In this document: positions 15,996 to 30,082 of the stretch, piece by piece | How positions within the stretch are numbered: position 1 is the first letter of the stretch | Layout: each line of letters starts with the position of its first letter | NCBI RefSeq assembly: GCF_009914755.1 | Contig: NC_060925.1 | Direction: 5' to 3' (one strand) | From: the human T2T-CHM13v2.0 reference genome, Homo sapiens | DNA length: 64,000 bases | Program-made: the position numbers and the translations under genes | Notes under the pieces: model-generated | Told to the model about the DNA's origin: nothing | Database searches by the model: none | Seen by the model: only the letters and a program-made list of their open reading frames with translations

Positions 15996-17393
15996 GAACG
16001 ATCACAGCCCTCCCAGGAGGGCAACTGCACGGGTGCCTCCCTCGCAACAGTCCAGACCTCGGGGGAGCCTCTCCTGTGGAAACGGCCCTCGCTGCTGTGC
16101 TGCCCTGGGTGCTGTTGTCCGGGTTCCGGGTGGGGAGCACCCCAGAGGAAGTAGAGCAAGCCCGGGGACCTGGGGGGCGCCCCGCCTGCCCCTGGACGTT
16201 TCGGCTGCAGGAGCCGGGATCTGCGCGGGTTTCTCTCGCTTGTTACTGACAAGAAACCGGAATTGGAATTCTGCCCGGAGCCGTCTGGGATGAGGCTGCA
16301 CGTGTTTCTTTCCGTCTGCAACACAGAACCACACAGCTGGAGCAGAGGTGCATATGGGGGGTGCTGGGGGTGGGGATGGGGGTTCACCAACTTGAGAGGC
16401 CCCTGGGTGTCCGGCGACCCGAGTCCCACCCACCACCACCAAACCTCATGGGGGCGGGGCATGAGCCATGCGGGAGGGGACGCTCTCCATGGGCCCCCAG
16501 GAGGCTCCGTGGTGAGTGACAGACAGTCTGCTGTAAGTAGATGGGTCAGGGCACACTGCGTAAGAGAATGGAGAGAACACACTATGTGTGTGTGTGTACA
16601 TTGCAGACACTCTTGAGATAGTGCTTAATGACAGTAAACTTTACCCAGACAGCAGCTTGGCTCATTATCTCGGTTCTGTCTCTGCCTCAAGTCACTCATG
16701 CAGGTCAGGAGATTCCAAAGGGCCGCTTGGAGGGAGAAGGGACATCTGTATTAGCTTCTCAGTTTTGGACCAGGGGCTGCCGCCCAGCTTTCAGGGTGAT
16801 CCCGCAAAGATTAGATAAGGCAGACACCGGTGGTCCTCAGCCCGGATCTCTCTGTCTCTCTTTCTCTTTCTCTATTTCTCTCGCTCTTTCTGTCCCTGCC
16901 CCTGTGCCCTTGAGCCCTGGAACCTACCTTTCAAACAAGGATCAGGGTTACCCGGGGACATTCACCCAGCAAAACGCAGGGACAGCAGAGATAGAAGGAC
17001 GCAACTGTGATCCAAATGCTTGTGGGGTGTGTGGAAGACGGACGGAGTCATAAGACAGAAGTAATGCCTGAGGCTGGGAATGCCGAGATTGACTGCAAGG
17101 CATCCCCAGGACCAAGTGATCTGAACCAGAATCTCGGCTGTGTGCTGGGATGGGCTGTGGAGCCCTGCTGTCTCTTACACCTCCATTTCCTCAACTGCAA
17201 CATGGGGATGATGACTCTGAGTTGTGAGTTTTGAAGGAGACAGTGCCAGGGACAAGGTCAGAGATAAGGACTGTCATTATTTCTCAGTCTTACCTTTCTC
17301 TTCTATTAAATGGGGATCATATCTACGGGAAGGGCTGTTGTGAGGAGGGGGATTATTTAACGTGCCTCCTGAAGCACACTGATGATGAAAAGG

Positions 17394-17835
17394 TTCTCTT
17401 TTTCCCTCCCCTCCTCTCCCCTCCCTTCCCCTCCCCTCCCCTCCCTTCCCCTCCCCTCCCCTCCCCTCCTCTCCCCTCCCCTCCTCTCCCCTCCTCTCCC
17501 CTCCCCTCTCCTCCTCCTCCCCCTTCCCCTCCACTTCTGTTTCTCTTTCTTTCTCTTTCTTTCTGTCTCCTTTCTTTCTCTTCCTCTCTCTCTCCTTTCT
17601 CCTTCCTTCCTTCCTTCCTCTCTTCTTTCCTTCCTCCCTCCTTCCCTCCCTCCCTCCCTCTCCCTCCCTCCCTCCCTCTCTCCCCCTCCCTCCCTCCCTC
17701 CCTCTCTTTCTTTCTTTCTCTCTCTCTTTCTTTCTTTCCTTCTTTCTTTCTCTCTCTCTCCTTCCTTCCTTCCTTCCTTCCTTCCTTCCTTCCTTCCTTC
17801 CTTCCTTCCTCTCTTTCTCTCTTTCCTTTCTTTCT
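17394..17835. repeat. About 440-bp polypyrimidine/polypurine tract: (CCCCT)n, (CTTT)n, (CCTT)n
   Basis: Almost purine-free on the + strand (about three purines); abuts the tail end of the reverse Alu at 17836. Confidence 0.95.
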
Positions 17836-18116
17836 GATGGAGTCTTGCTCTGTCGCCTGGGCTGGAGTGCAGTGGTGCAATCTTGGCTCACTGCAACCTC
17901 CACCTTCCTAGTTCAGGCAATTCCCTTGCCTCAGCCTCCCGAGGAGCTGGGATTATAGGTGCACGCCACCATGCCCAGCTAATTTTTTTGTATTTTTAGT
18001 AGAGACAGGATTTCACCATGTTAGCCAGACTGGCCTCGAACTCCTGACCTCAGGCAATCCACCTGCCTCGATTTCCCAAAGTGCTGGGATTACAGGTGTG
18101 AGCCACCACATCTGGC
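17836..18116 (-). mobile_element. AluS
   Basis: GATGGAGTCTTGCTCTGTCGCC to GTGAGCCACCACATCTGGCC. Confidence 0.93.
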
Positions 18117-18414
<298 letters not shown>

Positions 18415-21400
18415 TGAATAGCTTTAATGATCTATTCAGTGCAACATGAGGATGAACTTTCTATCCCTCAGCACGATTAAACATGAACAAGTACCTCAGG
18501 GCGGGCTGAGGTCTCTGTGGCTGAATGTCCAGGGTGACCAGTGGTTGGGAGCATCAAGGTACTGAGGCAGCCCACTTTTCACGTTCTTCCAGGGGCACCG
18601 TTTTGGGGCAGACAGGGTTGGAGGAAAATCACAGAGTGGCTGAGTGTCAACGCTGCCCCTTTAGGGTCGTCCCCAGGTGCTGCCCTCCACCCAGGCTCCC
18701 CAGGCAGTGCCCCCAGTCCCAACTCGATTTTCCTATTTTCTGATCCATCCTGGAATCCTGGTCTTCCACTGCTGATGGGATAAACCAACTCAGATTTGGG
18801 CTTTTCATTTTCAACCACATTTCGAAGCGTACCTGATGATGTCTAAGGCTGAAAATGTCGCTCCTCCCGAAGGCCTCAGGGGACCCCGGAGACGTGGGCA
18901 CCTTAACCTATGGAGCGAGATGACTTCTTGGCAGGCTGTGAGGATGACTTGCTCTCAAGGGTGTCCTGTGAGTTTCCCTCAAGAGCAGTGACACCTGTTC
19001 TCTGGTCCTCCTTGTTGGGTGGAGAGAGGTTAAACTATGAAGAAAAGGCATTGCACTGAAAAAAGCAAAACAAAACAAAACAAAACACAATAGCATCTCC
19101 TTTGGGGCTGGTGTCTGGAGGTGCTGCAGGTGGAAATGGGAGCTGCTGTGTGACTGAGCAGGGCTCCTTCTGTCACTTGTCTTGAAGTAGGAGAAACAGA
19201 GGACTGTGGCTTCTGTTTCCATTTTCACTATTTTTCCCTCAGCGTCTTCCGACAGGCAGAGTGCATGCATGGGGAATGTGGACACGCTCCTGAATTTCTG
19301 CAGAGAATGCTAGAACATGAAAAGCTGTCACTAGTTTCTAAAGGAAAATAAATGGATTTCAGCCTCCTGGTGGCCCCCGGCTTTTCCTGCCCTCCCCATG
19401 AGCGCTTTCGCACTTCTCTTCATGCCTTGTTTTCCGGCTGTTCCCTGCGTTTCTAAGAGGGTTGACCCCAGGGTGGAGCAGCCTTCATCAGTCGGTTGTT
19501 TCTCTCAGAAGCATCACAAAACCAACAGGCTCCTGCCACAAATATTTCAACTCAAACCATCTTCCTCCTCCCACAGGTGTCTTCTCTTGCTTGCTTTCTT
19601 TGTCCATGGCTAACATGTGGAAGCCACACACCTACCTGTCGGCCACCTCTACCTGGCATTCTCTAGGAACCTCAGGGGTGACCTGGCTCAGTGACTGTTA
19701 TTTTTTTTCTCCTGCACCTATGCCTCCCTTGGGGCTCCCCAGCTCAGGACCAGGCCATGGCGTCAATCTGCTTGATTAAGCTTCACCTTGGGGCATCCTG
19801 GATTCCAAACTTTCTCTGCCATGGTGGAGTCTGTGTCTTCAATATGTTCCAAATGCATTCACCTTTTGTCACCCCTGCCCCCATGGCACTGGCTCACTTA
19901 GCCCCCCTCCACCTTGTCTGCACTTTTGAAACAATCTTCTAGCCCAGCCACCTCTGTCTGTCTCTTGCTCCAAACCATCCTTTACCCTGAAGCTATAGTG
20001 ACCTTTCAGAAATACACATTTCATCACGTGCTGCCCGCTTTATTCCCTTTCAGCAACTCCATTGACTGCTGGTCGCAGTCCAAACCTTTAGCATGACCCG
20101 CAGGATCCAGCACCTCTCACCCCTGCAGGATCCCTGCACAGCTCCACCCCTGCACAGCCCCTCTGCAGGGCCCCACCCAGGCCCTGCCCTCATGGCCTCT
20201 CAGCTCTGCCTCTTTGGTCTCAGCTCTGGAGCTCTGGCTTCTGCAGCTTCAGACACACCAAGCTCAATTCTGCAAATATCCTTGTTCCCTCTCACATCAG
20301 GTTCTGCACCTAGGATGCCCTTTGCACCCTTCTCCTCCCTGCACCTGTTTGTAACTCCACTGGACCGTGTCCCTGAGCCCCAAGTCCTGGGAGATACCGT
20401 CCTGCCAGCTCTGTAGGACAGAGATGCTTTCCTGCCCCTGACTGCTCCTTTGGGCTCCCGTTCCTCCCAGACGGCTTCTGAGGTCCTCCAGCCATGCCTG
20501 TTCTTCCGTGAGGGTCTGACCCCAGCAGGCCTCCCAGGGTCACTTGCCTTCAGAAGGAGCACCGAGCCCTGCAAATGCAGCCCACCCTGCTGGAAAATGT
20601 ACCTAAGACCTGTGGTCGAGCCCAAGACTGCCCCTCCTTGTACTTCCCTTGAGTAGCTATTAATTTACACAAACCTCCCAAGCCTAGAAACTTTCTTTGA
20701 AAGTTTGTGCATCAGATGAAATCTTGTCATCGGGACTGATTATTCTGCCAATCCGTTTCCTTGAAACAAACAAACAAAAAAATAAACAAACGCTTCCAGA
20801 CCCAGCCCCCTTCCTGCTTCTCAGGCCTTGAGTATGGAGCCTTCCTGGGAGATGATCTGTAATTTAGTCCTGTGTTCTTGGCAAACCGACTTTTTAGTGC
20901 CGTTAACTGTCTTCTCTCTTCTCTATCACGTTGCTCCAGATGTGAAGTCTTTTGATGGCGGAGGCGCTGCCTTGAGCGGACACACGCCTCGCCAGCACAT
21001 CCTTGTTTAGAACGTCAAGAACCCGCCACGTTTCTGCAGGTGCCAACATTTTATCTTTAATGTTTCCAGACAGATTAACACTAGTCAGGGAAGAGTCAGA
21101 AAAGCCTGTCTTTACCCTGGAATTCTCGGTTGAATTATTCATGGCAAAGAACTCTTTCTGAAAACATGTCACTCACATCCACACTGGAGGTTAGCAAAGG
21201 TTTCACATCTGGAGCTCTGCACTGGGAGGCCCAGCTGGTGCTCTTTGCCCTTTCTGAGGCTTTCCTCAAGTTCGGGGCTAATGTTCCTCCTCTCTCGGGC
21301 CAACCCTTTAAAGACCCTGCCTGTGCCTGGTGAGGGGTCCCAGCCTAGGGCAGTTGCTCAGGTTGTACACTGCACCAGGTTGCCTGGCTGATTCTACCCC

Positions 21401-22974
21401 TTACCCACCTTGCTCAGCTTTAGGCCCTGGAAGGGGCTATCTGCCCAGAGGGGGACACTGTTTTCTAAGTGGTAAAAAAGCACCCGATGGACCAGCAGTG
21501 TCGCAACTCACGCCCAAGCTGCTCCGAGTGCCTAGCTTGGTGGGGAAAGGTGTGGAGTCACCACCTCCACTCTGCTCCTTCTCCAGGTGTCTGTCTGTCT
21601 TTGCTGCTGTCTTGGTGACTGTCCTCTGCCCCCCTGGCCTGGGCCTGACCACATTTCTTGCCTCCCACTTGGGTTCCCCTTCCTCTCTCAGACTTTTCCT
21701 CCCTGCCCTAGCCTGGCATTTCCTCCAGGCACCTTCCCTTTCCTGAGGGTCCAGCTTCCCTGGACTCTTCCTTTGGTTCCATTCCAGATCCCCCAGTGGA
21801 AGGCTGTTTGTTGGCTTCTGCCCCATCCTGCTCCTCCCCCAACTCCTCCAAGCCTTCCGAAACCACTGCTTTTTGCACATAAATCACAGCCTTAAAATTA
21901 AGCCGAGCAGTGCTAGGCTGACAGCCTGTGAGCTGATGCAACCGCACCGAGTATGCTGAGCCTGGTGGCATTCAAGGAGCTGCTGGTGTTAAGATGCTCT
22001 CTGTGGGGCTTGAGGTCGTGATTCATAAAGAGGGGTGGACAAGAGGGTGGAGACTGGAGATGACAGTGTTTCCCACCCTGAGATGCAGGAGCCATCCTTG
22101 GCAGGGCTCAGGGCCTGGAGTTGTCTGCTGGATGGTGGTCTGTGTCCCGTACTCATTTGGAAGAAGCACTCTGCTGCGTCCTCAGTCTCCCGCCAGCGGC
22201 TTTGTGATCGCTCTTCTGAAGATCTCCTTGTCCATCATTTTCTCAGTGCGCAACACCCCAATTCTGCAAACCAGAGACCTGCCAGGATTGTTGAGTGCCC
22301 CGGCCACCCCGGCTCTGCCCTTGAGGTCAGAAAAGTTTGAGGCCTCTCGGTTTGGGATCCAGTCCCGCTGCCTGCTGGCTGTGTGGATGTGAGCACGTTG
22401 CGTTCTGGAACCTCATTGTCTCACCCTTGTCAAACCATGGGCAGTGCCATTTACTGTGCAGGCTTCAGAGGATTAACTGAGGCAGTAACTGTCACATGAA
22501 TGTTAGCTGTTGTTATTCTTCTTATTATGATGTTTTTATAAATACACAATTACCCAAAGGCTCTGTGAGCTCATTTTCGGTCCTAAGAAAATCTGACATC
22601 AAAGAGCCTGCTAGTGGCAGATGCCAGGAGACATGGCAGACGACAGCCTGCCACTGCAGAAGAAAACAAAACGGCTTCACGGCAGCTCCCAACGGTGCTC
22701 TCTGTAACCACACAAGTGCATGTGCACAAAGTTCTTTACTCATCTAAGAAGAAGTCAATTACTTTCCAGGATTAGGGAGGCATGGAAGCGGACCATCTAT
22801 ATGAGAATGGTTTCCATCCACATGGGTCAGATACAGTCTGGCGACTGGAGGGCACGGTGGGTGATTCTCTCACGTGGCAGGTGCACGCCCGTTGCCTTTG
22901 CAATGGGCTTCTGCATGTGTACTTTAACCTACTAGCTCTGTGACCCTGGGCAACATGCTTAACCTCTTTGAGCC

Positions 22975-23488
22975 TGTATTAGTCAGGGTTCTCTGGAAGG
23001 ACAGGACTAATAGGATAGACGTATATGTGAAGGGGAGTTTATTAGGAGAATTGACTCACACGATCACGAGGTGAAGTCCCACAATAGGCCATCTGCAAGC
23101 TGAGGAGCCAGGAAACCAGTCTGAGTCCCAAAACCTTGAAAGTAGGGAAGCCCAGGAGCCCCTGGCAAACCACTGGTATAAGTCCAAGAGTCCAAAAGCT
23201 GAAGAACTTGGAGTTCAGTATTCGAGGACAGGAAGCATCCAGCACAGGAGAAAGAGGGAGGCCAGAAAACTCAGCCAGTCTATTCCTTCCACATTCTTCT
23301 GCCTGCTTTTATTCTAGCTTCGCTGGCAGGTGATTAGATGGTGCCAACCCAGACTGAGGGTGGGTCAGCCTCTGCCAGTCCACTGACTCAAATGTTAAGC
23401 TCCTTTGGCGATACCCTCACAGACACACCCAGGAACAATACTTTGCATCCTTCAAATCAATCAAGTAGACACTCAATATTAGTCATCA
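22975..23488 (-). mobile_element. MLT2A (HERV-L) solo LTR inserted in a MIR
   Basis: TGTATTAGTCAGGGTTCTCT to CAAGTAGACACTCAATATTAGTCATCA; TSD GAGCC/GAGTC; MIR sequence on both sides. Confidence 0.88.
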
Positions 23489-23532
23489 GAGTCTGTTTCT
23501 TCAACAGCAATATTGAGATGATAATAGCCCTC

Positions 23533-23969
23533 TATGACTTTCTTAGGTTGTCATAGTCAAGTACCACAAGCTGGATGGCTTAAAAATCACAGGAATTTAT
23601 TATCTCACCTGCCCAGGAGGCCAGAACTCAGAAATCAAGGTGTGGGCAGGGCCATGCTCACTAAGAAGCCTCTGGGGGAGGGTCCTTCCTTGCTTCTTCC
23701 AGATTCTGGTGGCTCCTGGAATCCCTCGGCTTGTGGTAGCATCACTCCAATTACTGGCTCTGTGGTCACATGGCCAACTCCCCCTTGTGTGTCTGTCTCC
23801 TCTTCTTAGAAGGACACTAGTCATATTGGATAAGAACCTACCTGAAGACCTTCTCCTAACTCAGTTGCATCTGCAAAGACCCTAGCTCCAAATCAGGTCA
23901 CACTGAAAGGTATGGGGGGGTTAGGGCTTTAACATACCTTTCTGGAGGGACACAATTCAACTTGTAACA
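23533..23969 (-). mobile_element. MLT1C-like LTR
   Basis: GTACCACAAGCTGGATGGCTTAAAA...AAATCAAGGTGTGGGCAGGGCCATGCTC...GGAGGGACACAATTCAACTTGTAACA. Confidence 0.8.
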
Positions 23970-24715
23970 GGTCTCCACCTCCTGGGGCTGCTGGGATGAT
24001 TGGTCAGGTGGCGTGTGCTAAGCATATGTGGCCCCTGTTAGGTTCCTAGGTGGTCATAATTAAGTATCTTGAGCTGGGCAGCTTAAAAATCACAGGAATG
24101 TATTCTCTCATACATATTCTCTCATACACTGTTCATATGTGGCCATAGGAACTGCTCAACACATTTCAGCCATTGAAGCAATTATTCATTCTTCTTACCT
24201 GTCTACATTGTCAAGGAAGTTCTGCAGATACAGAAAATGAAGAAGACTTTGCCAAGACGAAGAATGGGGAAATGCTGCTGAACAGTGGGTCACCTGAGCT
24301 CTTTGCAGTCCAACACCAACCATTCCATGCTTCTTCTGCACACAGAACCAGATCCGTGCCTTCTTTATGATTCCTGCTAGTGTCACATGAACTCCACCCA
24401 AAATCAGAGAAGCAAGACCCCTACATCGCTTATACCCTGCTCACTTAACACAATGATTGAATCACCAGCTATATGAGTGCAGTGTTACGTGGAGAAAAAT
24501 ACATAATTACTTAGACACAGTCGTTGTCTTCAAGGAGCACAGGTCTGTCTACCTCCCACAAGACATATGGCCGTGTGAGGAGAGCCTGCTAGAGAGAGAA
24601 GCAGGTTCTGCAGATCTCAGAGGGGTCACGTCTGCCCAGCTGGAGGCTGGGTCCCATGAAGAAGGCAAAAGAAATACACACCATCCTTAAGGAGCTTTGA
24701 CTCATTCATTCCACA

Positions 24716-25039
<324 letters not shown>

Positions 25040-28019
25040 TGAAGCCACCACTTAGGCCAGTCCCGGGGCATACAGTGACAAATCTTGAACTAACAGGAGC
25101 GATGAGAACAGGGGGAGATGAAACAGCAGAGAGCTCGATGCAGGCACTGGAAGAGACTGGTGCTCCCAGCTGAGCTGGGCCAGGTCAGGGCCAGGGGAGG
25201 CCATGCTCTCTCTCTTGGTCTGGAAGCCCATGCCCCGGCCCTTCTCCCCAACAGTGGCCCCTCTTCTGGCCAACAGGTGCCAGCAGGCAGTGTGACCCTG
25301 TTTTTGTCTCACCTTCAGGTTTGCCCAGAAACATCCCCAGGCTTCCAAGCTTGCTTCACTAAGTTAAACATCTTTATTCTGCCTCCTTTTGCAGCCATTC
25401 ATTTTAATCATGCAAAGGTCAGCTGTCACCGCACAAATGTTAGACTTAATTTGTTTTCTTGATGCACGTGGTATCCGTGATAATGTGGCCCAATTTTTCG
25501 TCATTTGCCAACGGGGAGCTGCAGTGGGTAGGGGTGACTCACAGACAGCTGAGGGTGAGACCGAGGAAGGCTGTCTGGAAACCTGTACAGGAGAAGGGTT
25601 TGATTTGGGGCAGGATGTGCTAATGGCATCGAGTCCCAGGAACATGACTTTAGTCCTAAGAGTCCGTGGCTTGAGAGCAGGAGCTCCTGAGAATCGCTCG
25701 GTTATTCCACGCATCGGTTGTCCCTCAGGTAAGTGGTGAATGATGCCTCAGCAGCCTTCGCTTCTACTCCTAGAGCAGAGCTTTGCATTTCGACGGCCGT
25801 TCTTTCACCATTTCAGAGACGAGAGCTGCTCAAGGAGGCCAATCCTGCCTCCTTGTCCCTTCCTGGCCCCCTCTTCTTCTCACCCTTCTCCTGTCTCTTC
25901 TATCTCTTGGTCTGCTGGAAGTTTCCAAGTTGCAGACTGAAGTGGAGGCCTTGAGGTCTCTCAGCAAGCTTTTCTACTTACCACGCATTTTTCTGCTGTG
26001 GGAAGATCCCCAGAGAGAGATGTTGGAAGCACAGCCCAGCATTGCTGTGGAAACAGAGCTCACCCGTCTGCGCCCCAGCAGAATTGCATCATTTACTGTC
26101 TGTGCGGCAGCCCACAAGGAGAAATAGACTCAGAATGACAATCCGACACTCCCACGGGCTGCGTGCCACTTTGCGGTACACCACACACCAGCACGGAGAG
26201 GGGTTTGGTGCAGGGGGGACAGGGTGGCGTGGAGAGTGCTTCTCCTCATTAGCAGATGCCGCTATGTCTTTCTATGCAGCCCCCACTGGACGTCCTGCAG
26301 CTCCTTAAACTCAACGTGTGTGGAATGTAGCTCATCCTCTTGTTGAACCCACCTCCCGGGCTGACCTGTCACCATTGCCCGTGTCAGCCCTCAGCCACAC
26401 GCTCATCTGTGTTCTCTTCTCTGTGTCCCCATCAGCTCCATCTCCAGGGCCTTCCCAACGCCTTCCGGTCCACGTGCTTTTCTCTGACTCTACTCTCTCC
26501 ATCATGGCAGAAGCCTGCATTTGTTGCCTAGATGGTGTTGATCCTTTCCTGACTGTGGGTGTGACGGCTAGGTTAGTGTCTCTCACCCAGCCTGGACGGC
26601 GTTCTGTGCTGGGAGGAGTCAGGATTGCTGGCGTTTGTTACCATTGCCCCTGCACAGCTCTCATGCCTGGCACATGGCCCACACTCTTAGCCAAACAGTT
26701 GGCTGAGAATAAATGAATGGTGAAGCCATGCGTCCCCCTCCGCTTGCTGCCTTCCCTTTCCAACACATCAGTAGCCACAACTGCCTCTGCGGCTGGTAGG
26801 TCACTGCTGTCTGAGCCCTGCCTGGGCCAGGAGCCATGCGAGGCATTTCACCCACATGATCTTTTTAAATCCCAGCACCAACTCTAACGTGCTAAAGCCG
26901 ATTGTGTTGCCCATTTTAGAGAGGAAGCTTGAGCTCGCGAGGGGCGAAGGGACTTGCTTCAGGTCACACAGCTCGTCAGGGTCTATCCCCACCCCAAAGC
27001 CCAGGCTCCCAGACATTGGGTCTTCCCTGCCTGAGAAATCCCAAGGAATCTTTCTCCCCCAGGGGCTCCTGAGTTCCAAAGCACTGTCAACTGGAAGGTC
27101 AAAGTCTTGAGCAGGAAATTTGGCCTGGGTGGGACCTGCCTCACGAACGTCCTCGCTTCCTCCGACCCCCTACCCCCAACCAGGGCAGCTCCCTCCTCAG
27201 GAGTCTCCCTGAGCCTCCCTGGCAAACCTGGTTCTCAGGTCGCTGGGCTCCTCTCCTGATCGCCTGTTTGCCTGCAGCTCCCACACCTCCTCCACCCTCA
27301 TGCGACTGACTCATCTGTGACCCCCCGGGGAGGCGTCACTGACTGCCCTGCAGAGCCCCTCCCCCGGTGCCTCGGTCACCCACCACCCTCTAAGTCCTGC
27401 CCCTTCTCTCTTCCATCAAACCCTCAGGAAGGTGCTCAGCAAGAGGTCCCTCTGAAACAGGGGCCTCCGTGGTATTGAAGAGTTGCTCAGCCACGCAGGA
27501 GAGACCCAAGGAGAGAGTTGCTAAGCTCTCCTTGTATCTCTGCCTCTCCCCCGGCATCCAGTGCTGTGCTTGGCAGGTGCAGGTGCCCACAGAATCTCAG
27601 AGAATAAGCGAGTGAATATCTCATATTTCAGGGGGAGCACTAAGGGGTGCGGAGTAGACTGTGACACCTGCAGTCCAAGAGTGATTGCTTAGCGGCAAAT
27701 GTCCCAGTGTGCCCAGAATAGCACCTTGTACACTGCACCAGATGATGGAGTCACCTGCTAGTCATTGGGGAATGAAGCCAAGAAAAATGGGATCGGGTAG
27801 GAGGCCCTCTCTGTCTCCCTTTGCACACCTCTCCCCCTCCCAACTCATGGAGCAATGGAATCCATCCCAAATTAGCACTGTGCCATGCCAGGCACCGGCA
27901 TCCTAGTGGCAGCAAAGTGTAAGGTCTCCGGCTCCCCACCCCAGTGAGACTGGCTAGCTGTGTGACTTGGGCAAGTCACTTAACCTGTCTGTGACTCCTC
28001 TTCTTGAAGAATCCCAATA

Positions 28020-28225
28020 GGCATTAGCACTTCAAAGACTCAGGTACAGCCTGCACTAAAGAAAATTGTATTTGAAGACTTCAGGTTTGAGTGTGTGTCT
28101 TCCCTGCAGGACTTCTCAGAGCCTTTAATGTGCAAATATGTGCTATGGACTTCCAAAGGGGGATGCTGCAAATATTTGATCACAGATCACTTTTGTCTTG
28201 GCGCCTCTCTGTTTGGGAAATTGTG
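28020..28225. mobile_element. MER103-like (hAT-Charlie) DNA transposon fragments
   Basis: CTGCAGGACTTCTCAGAGCCTTTAATGTGCAAAT...CCAAAGGGGGAT matches recalled MER103 core. Confidence 0.5.
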
Positions 28226-28699
28226 ATCATCACAGGGGCAATGGCAAGTCCTATGTACGGGGCACTTGCTGTGCGTGAGTCTGCATGCTCAGCATGGACA
28301 CAGATGAAGTCTTTGATCCTCATAGTCGCCCTGCAGGGGGTGCTGGCATCTCGTTCGATTCACTGCTGAGGTTACTGAGGCTTCCACTCAATGCCACATC
28401 CTCAGCCCCAGTGGAGGCGAGAGTCCCATGCAGGCAGCCTCTGTGCTTGGCCCCGTGTTGCACGTGGCTCTCGGCTGAGGAGCTCAGCCACTTCACCCTG
28501 GGCTGATCTCCAGACCTGTCTCTCACCAGCGTTTAGCCTGAGCCCTGATCTGTGTGGTCAGCAGCATTCCCAGTGCCCTTGCAGGGTGTCTCCTGCTCCC
28601 CAAACAGTCTAAGCTGGATCCTCTCTCTTCCCCTCCTCCCATCCCTACAAATCATCTTTGTCCCCCTCCTTTCTGATCTCAGTGAAGGGTGGACCTGGA

Positions 28700-29140
28700 C
28701 TAGTTTCCTGTGGTTGCAGAAATAAAATATCACAAACCTTGTGGCTTGAACAACAAAAATGTGTTCTCTGGCAGTTCTAGAGGCCAGACGTCCAAAATCC
28801 AGGTGTCACCAGGCACTGGCTCTCCCTGAGGCTCCGCAGGAGGGTCCTTCCTTTTGTCTTCCAGCGTCTGGGGCTTGCCAGCATCCCTGGCACTCTTTGG
28901 CATGTAGACGCATCACTTCAAGCCTCTGCCTCTGTTGTCACTGGTGTTCTGCCCGCCTCTGTGTCTGTTTCCGCTTCTTAGAGGGACGCCAGTGCTGTTG
29001 GATCAGGGCCCACGCTAATTGGGTATGAACTCATCTTAATTTAATAAATCTGCAAAGAGCCTATTTCCAATAAAGTCCCATTTCCAGGTACGGGGAATTC
29101 AACATGTCTTTGTGAAGGACACAAACTTCACCCAAGTCAT
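28700..29140 (-). mobile_element. MLT1C/D-like LTR
   Basis: TAGTTTCCTGTGGTTGC...GTTCTAGAGGCCAGACGTCCAAAATCCAGGTGTC...TCTGCAAAGAGCCTATTTCCAAT. Confidence 0.75.
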
Positions 29141-30082
29141 CATCACTATCTTACACCCAAATTATCACCACTGTCCCTTGATGGGTGCTATTTCTCTCAG
29201 AAACCATTTAGAGGCTCTCTGTGCTCCCAGCGCTGTGGCCTCTCAAAGCTGGGGGTGGGACAGAGAACAAGACTGACAGAATCTGTGTTCCTGATGTCAC
29301 CCATGTCGGGGGATGAACATGCTGATTAGGAAGTGATGGGAAATTCAGGACCGAGGGGTGGCAAGAGCCGGGACGAAACACGGTGGGGCACAGGGAGGGA
29401 GAATCGCAGTTGGCGCAGGTTTGGGTGTCAGGAAAGTTCTTCTTGGGAGTGAAGAAGAATGTCCCCGGCAGTGGAACTGTCTTGACTTGGGAATGGACTC
29501 CATGAACTTGGGGCACAGTGGGCACCTGGGAGAGGCAGGAGGCGGACAGAGGAGGTGTGTTCTGGTCCTGAGCCCAGGGGCCTGGGAAGAGTGTGGAGTT
29601 TATTCCAGTCTGGATGAGGGGTGCTGCAGCCGGGATAGGATTCTCTGGCTTGCTTATTTTGAAAGAGAGCCCGAGGCTGTGGTTGGGAGGACTGGGTTGA
29701 GGAGGGCAATAGCGAGAATATGGAGGCCTGGGGGAGGCTCTCCCCAACATCCAGAGTGTCATGGTGGTGGCTGGCATGCAGGGTGCTGTGTGGGTGTGTG
29801 GAGAGGCTGGATTCAGGGGTACCTCTGGGGGTGGAGTCCCCCAGACTTGTCCACACTCAGAGCTGCCCCGTAGGTCTGATGACCTTCCAGGCTCTGATCT
29901 AAGAGCTGGGTACTGTTATCATCCTCACTCTACAGATGAGCATTGTCTGCGCGAGCCGTGAGGCCAGAATTCAGGCCCAGGCAGGCTGGCTCCAGAGGCC
30001 CTGCCCTTCACCGAGGCCATCGTGATGGTGAAGGGCCGGGGAGGCTTCTAGGTTCTTGGCCTGCTGCTGAGTGATGGTGGGT

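Noticed and set aside
17231-17911. ORFs of 151-226 aa on both strands
   Set aside because: Translations of the polypyrimidine tract (P/S/L/F or E/G/R/K runs) plus Alu sequence; not genes.
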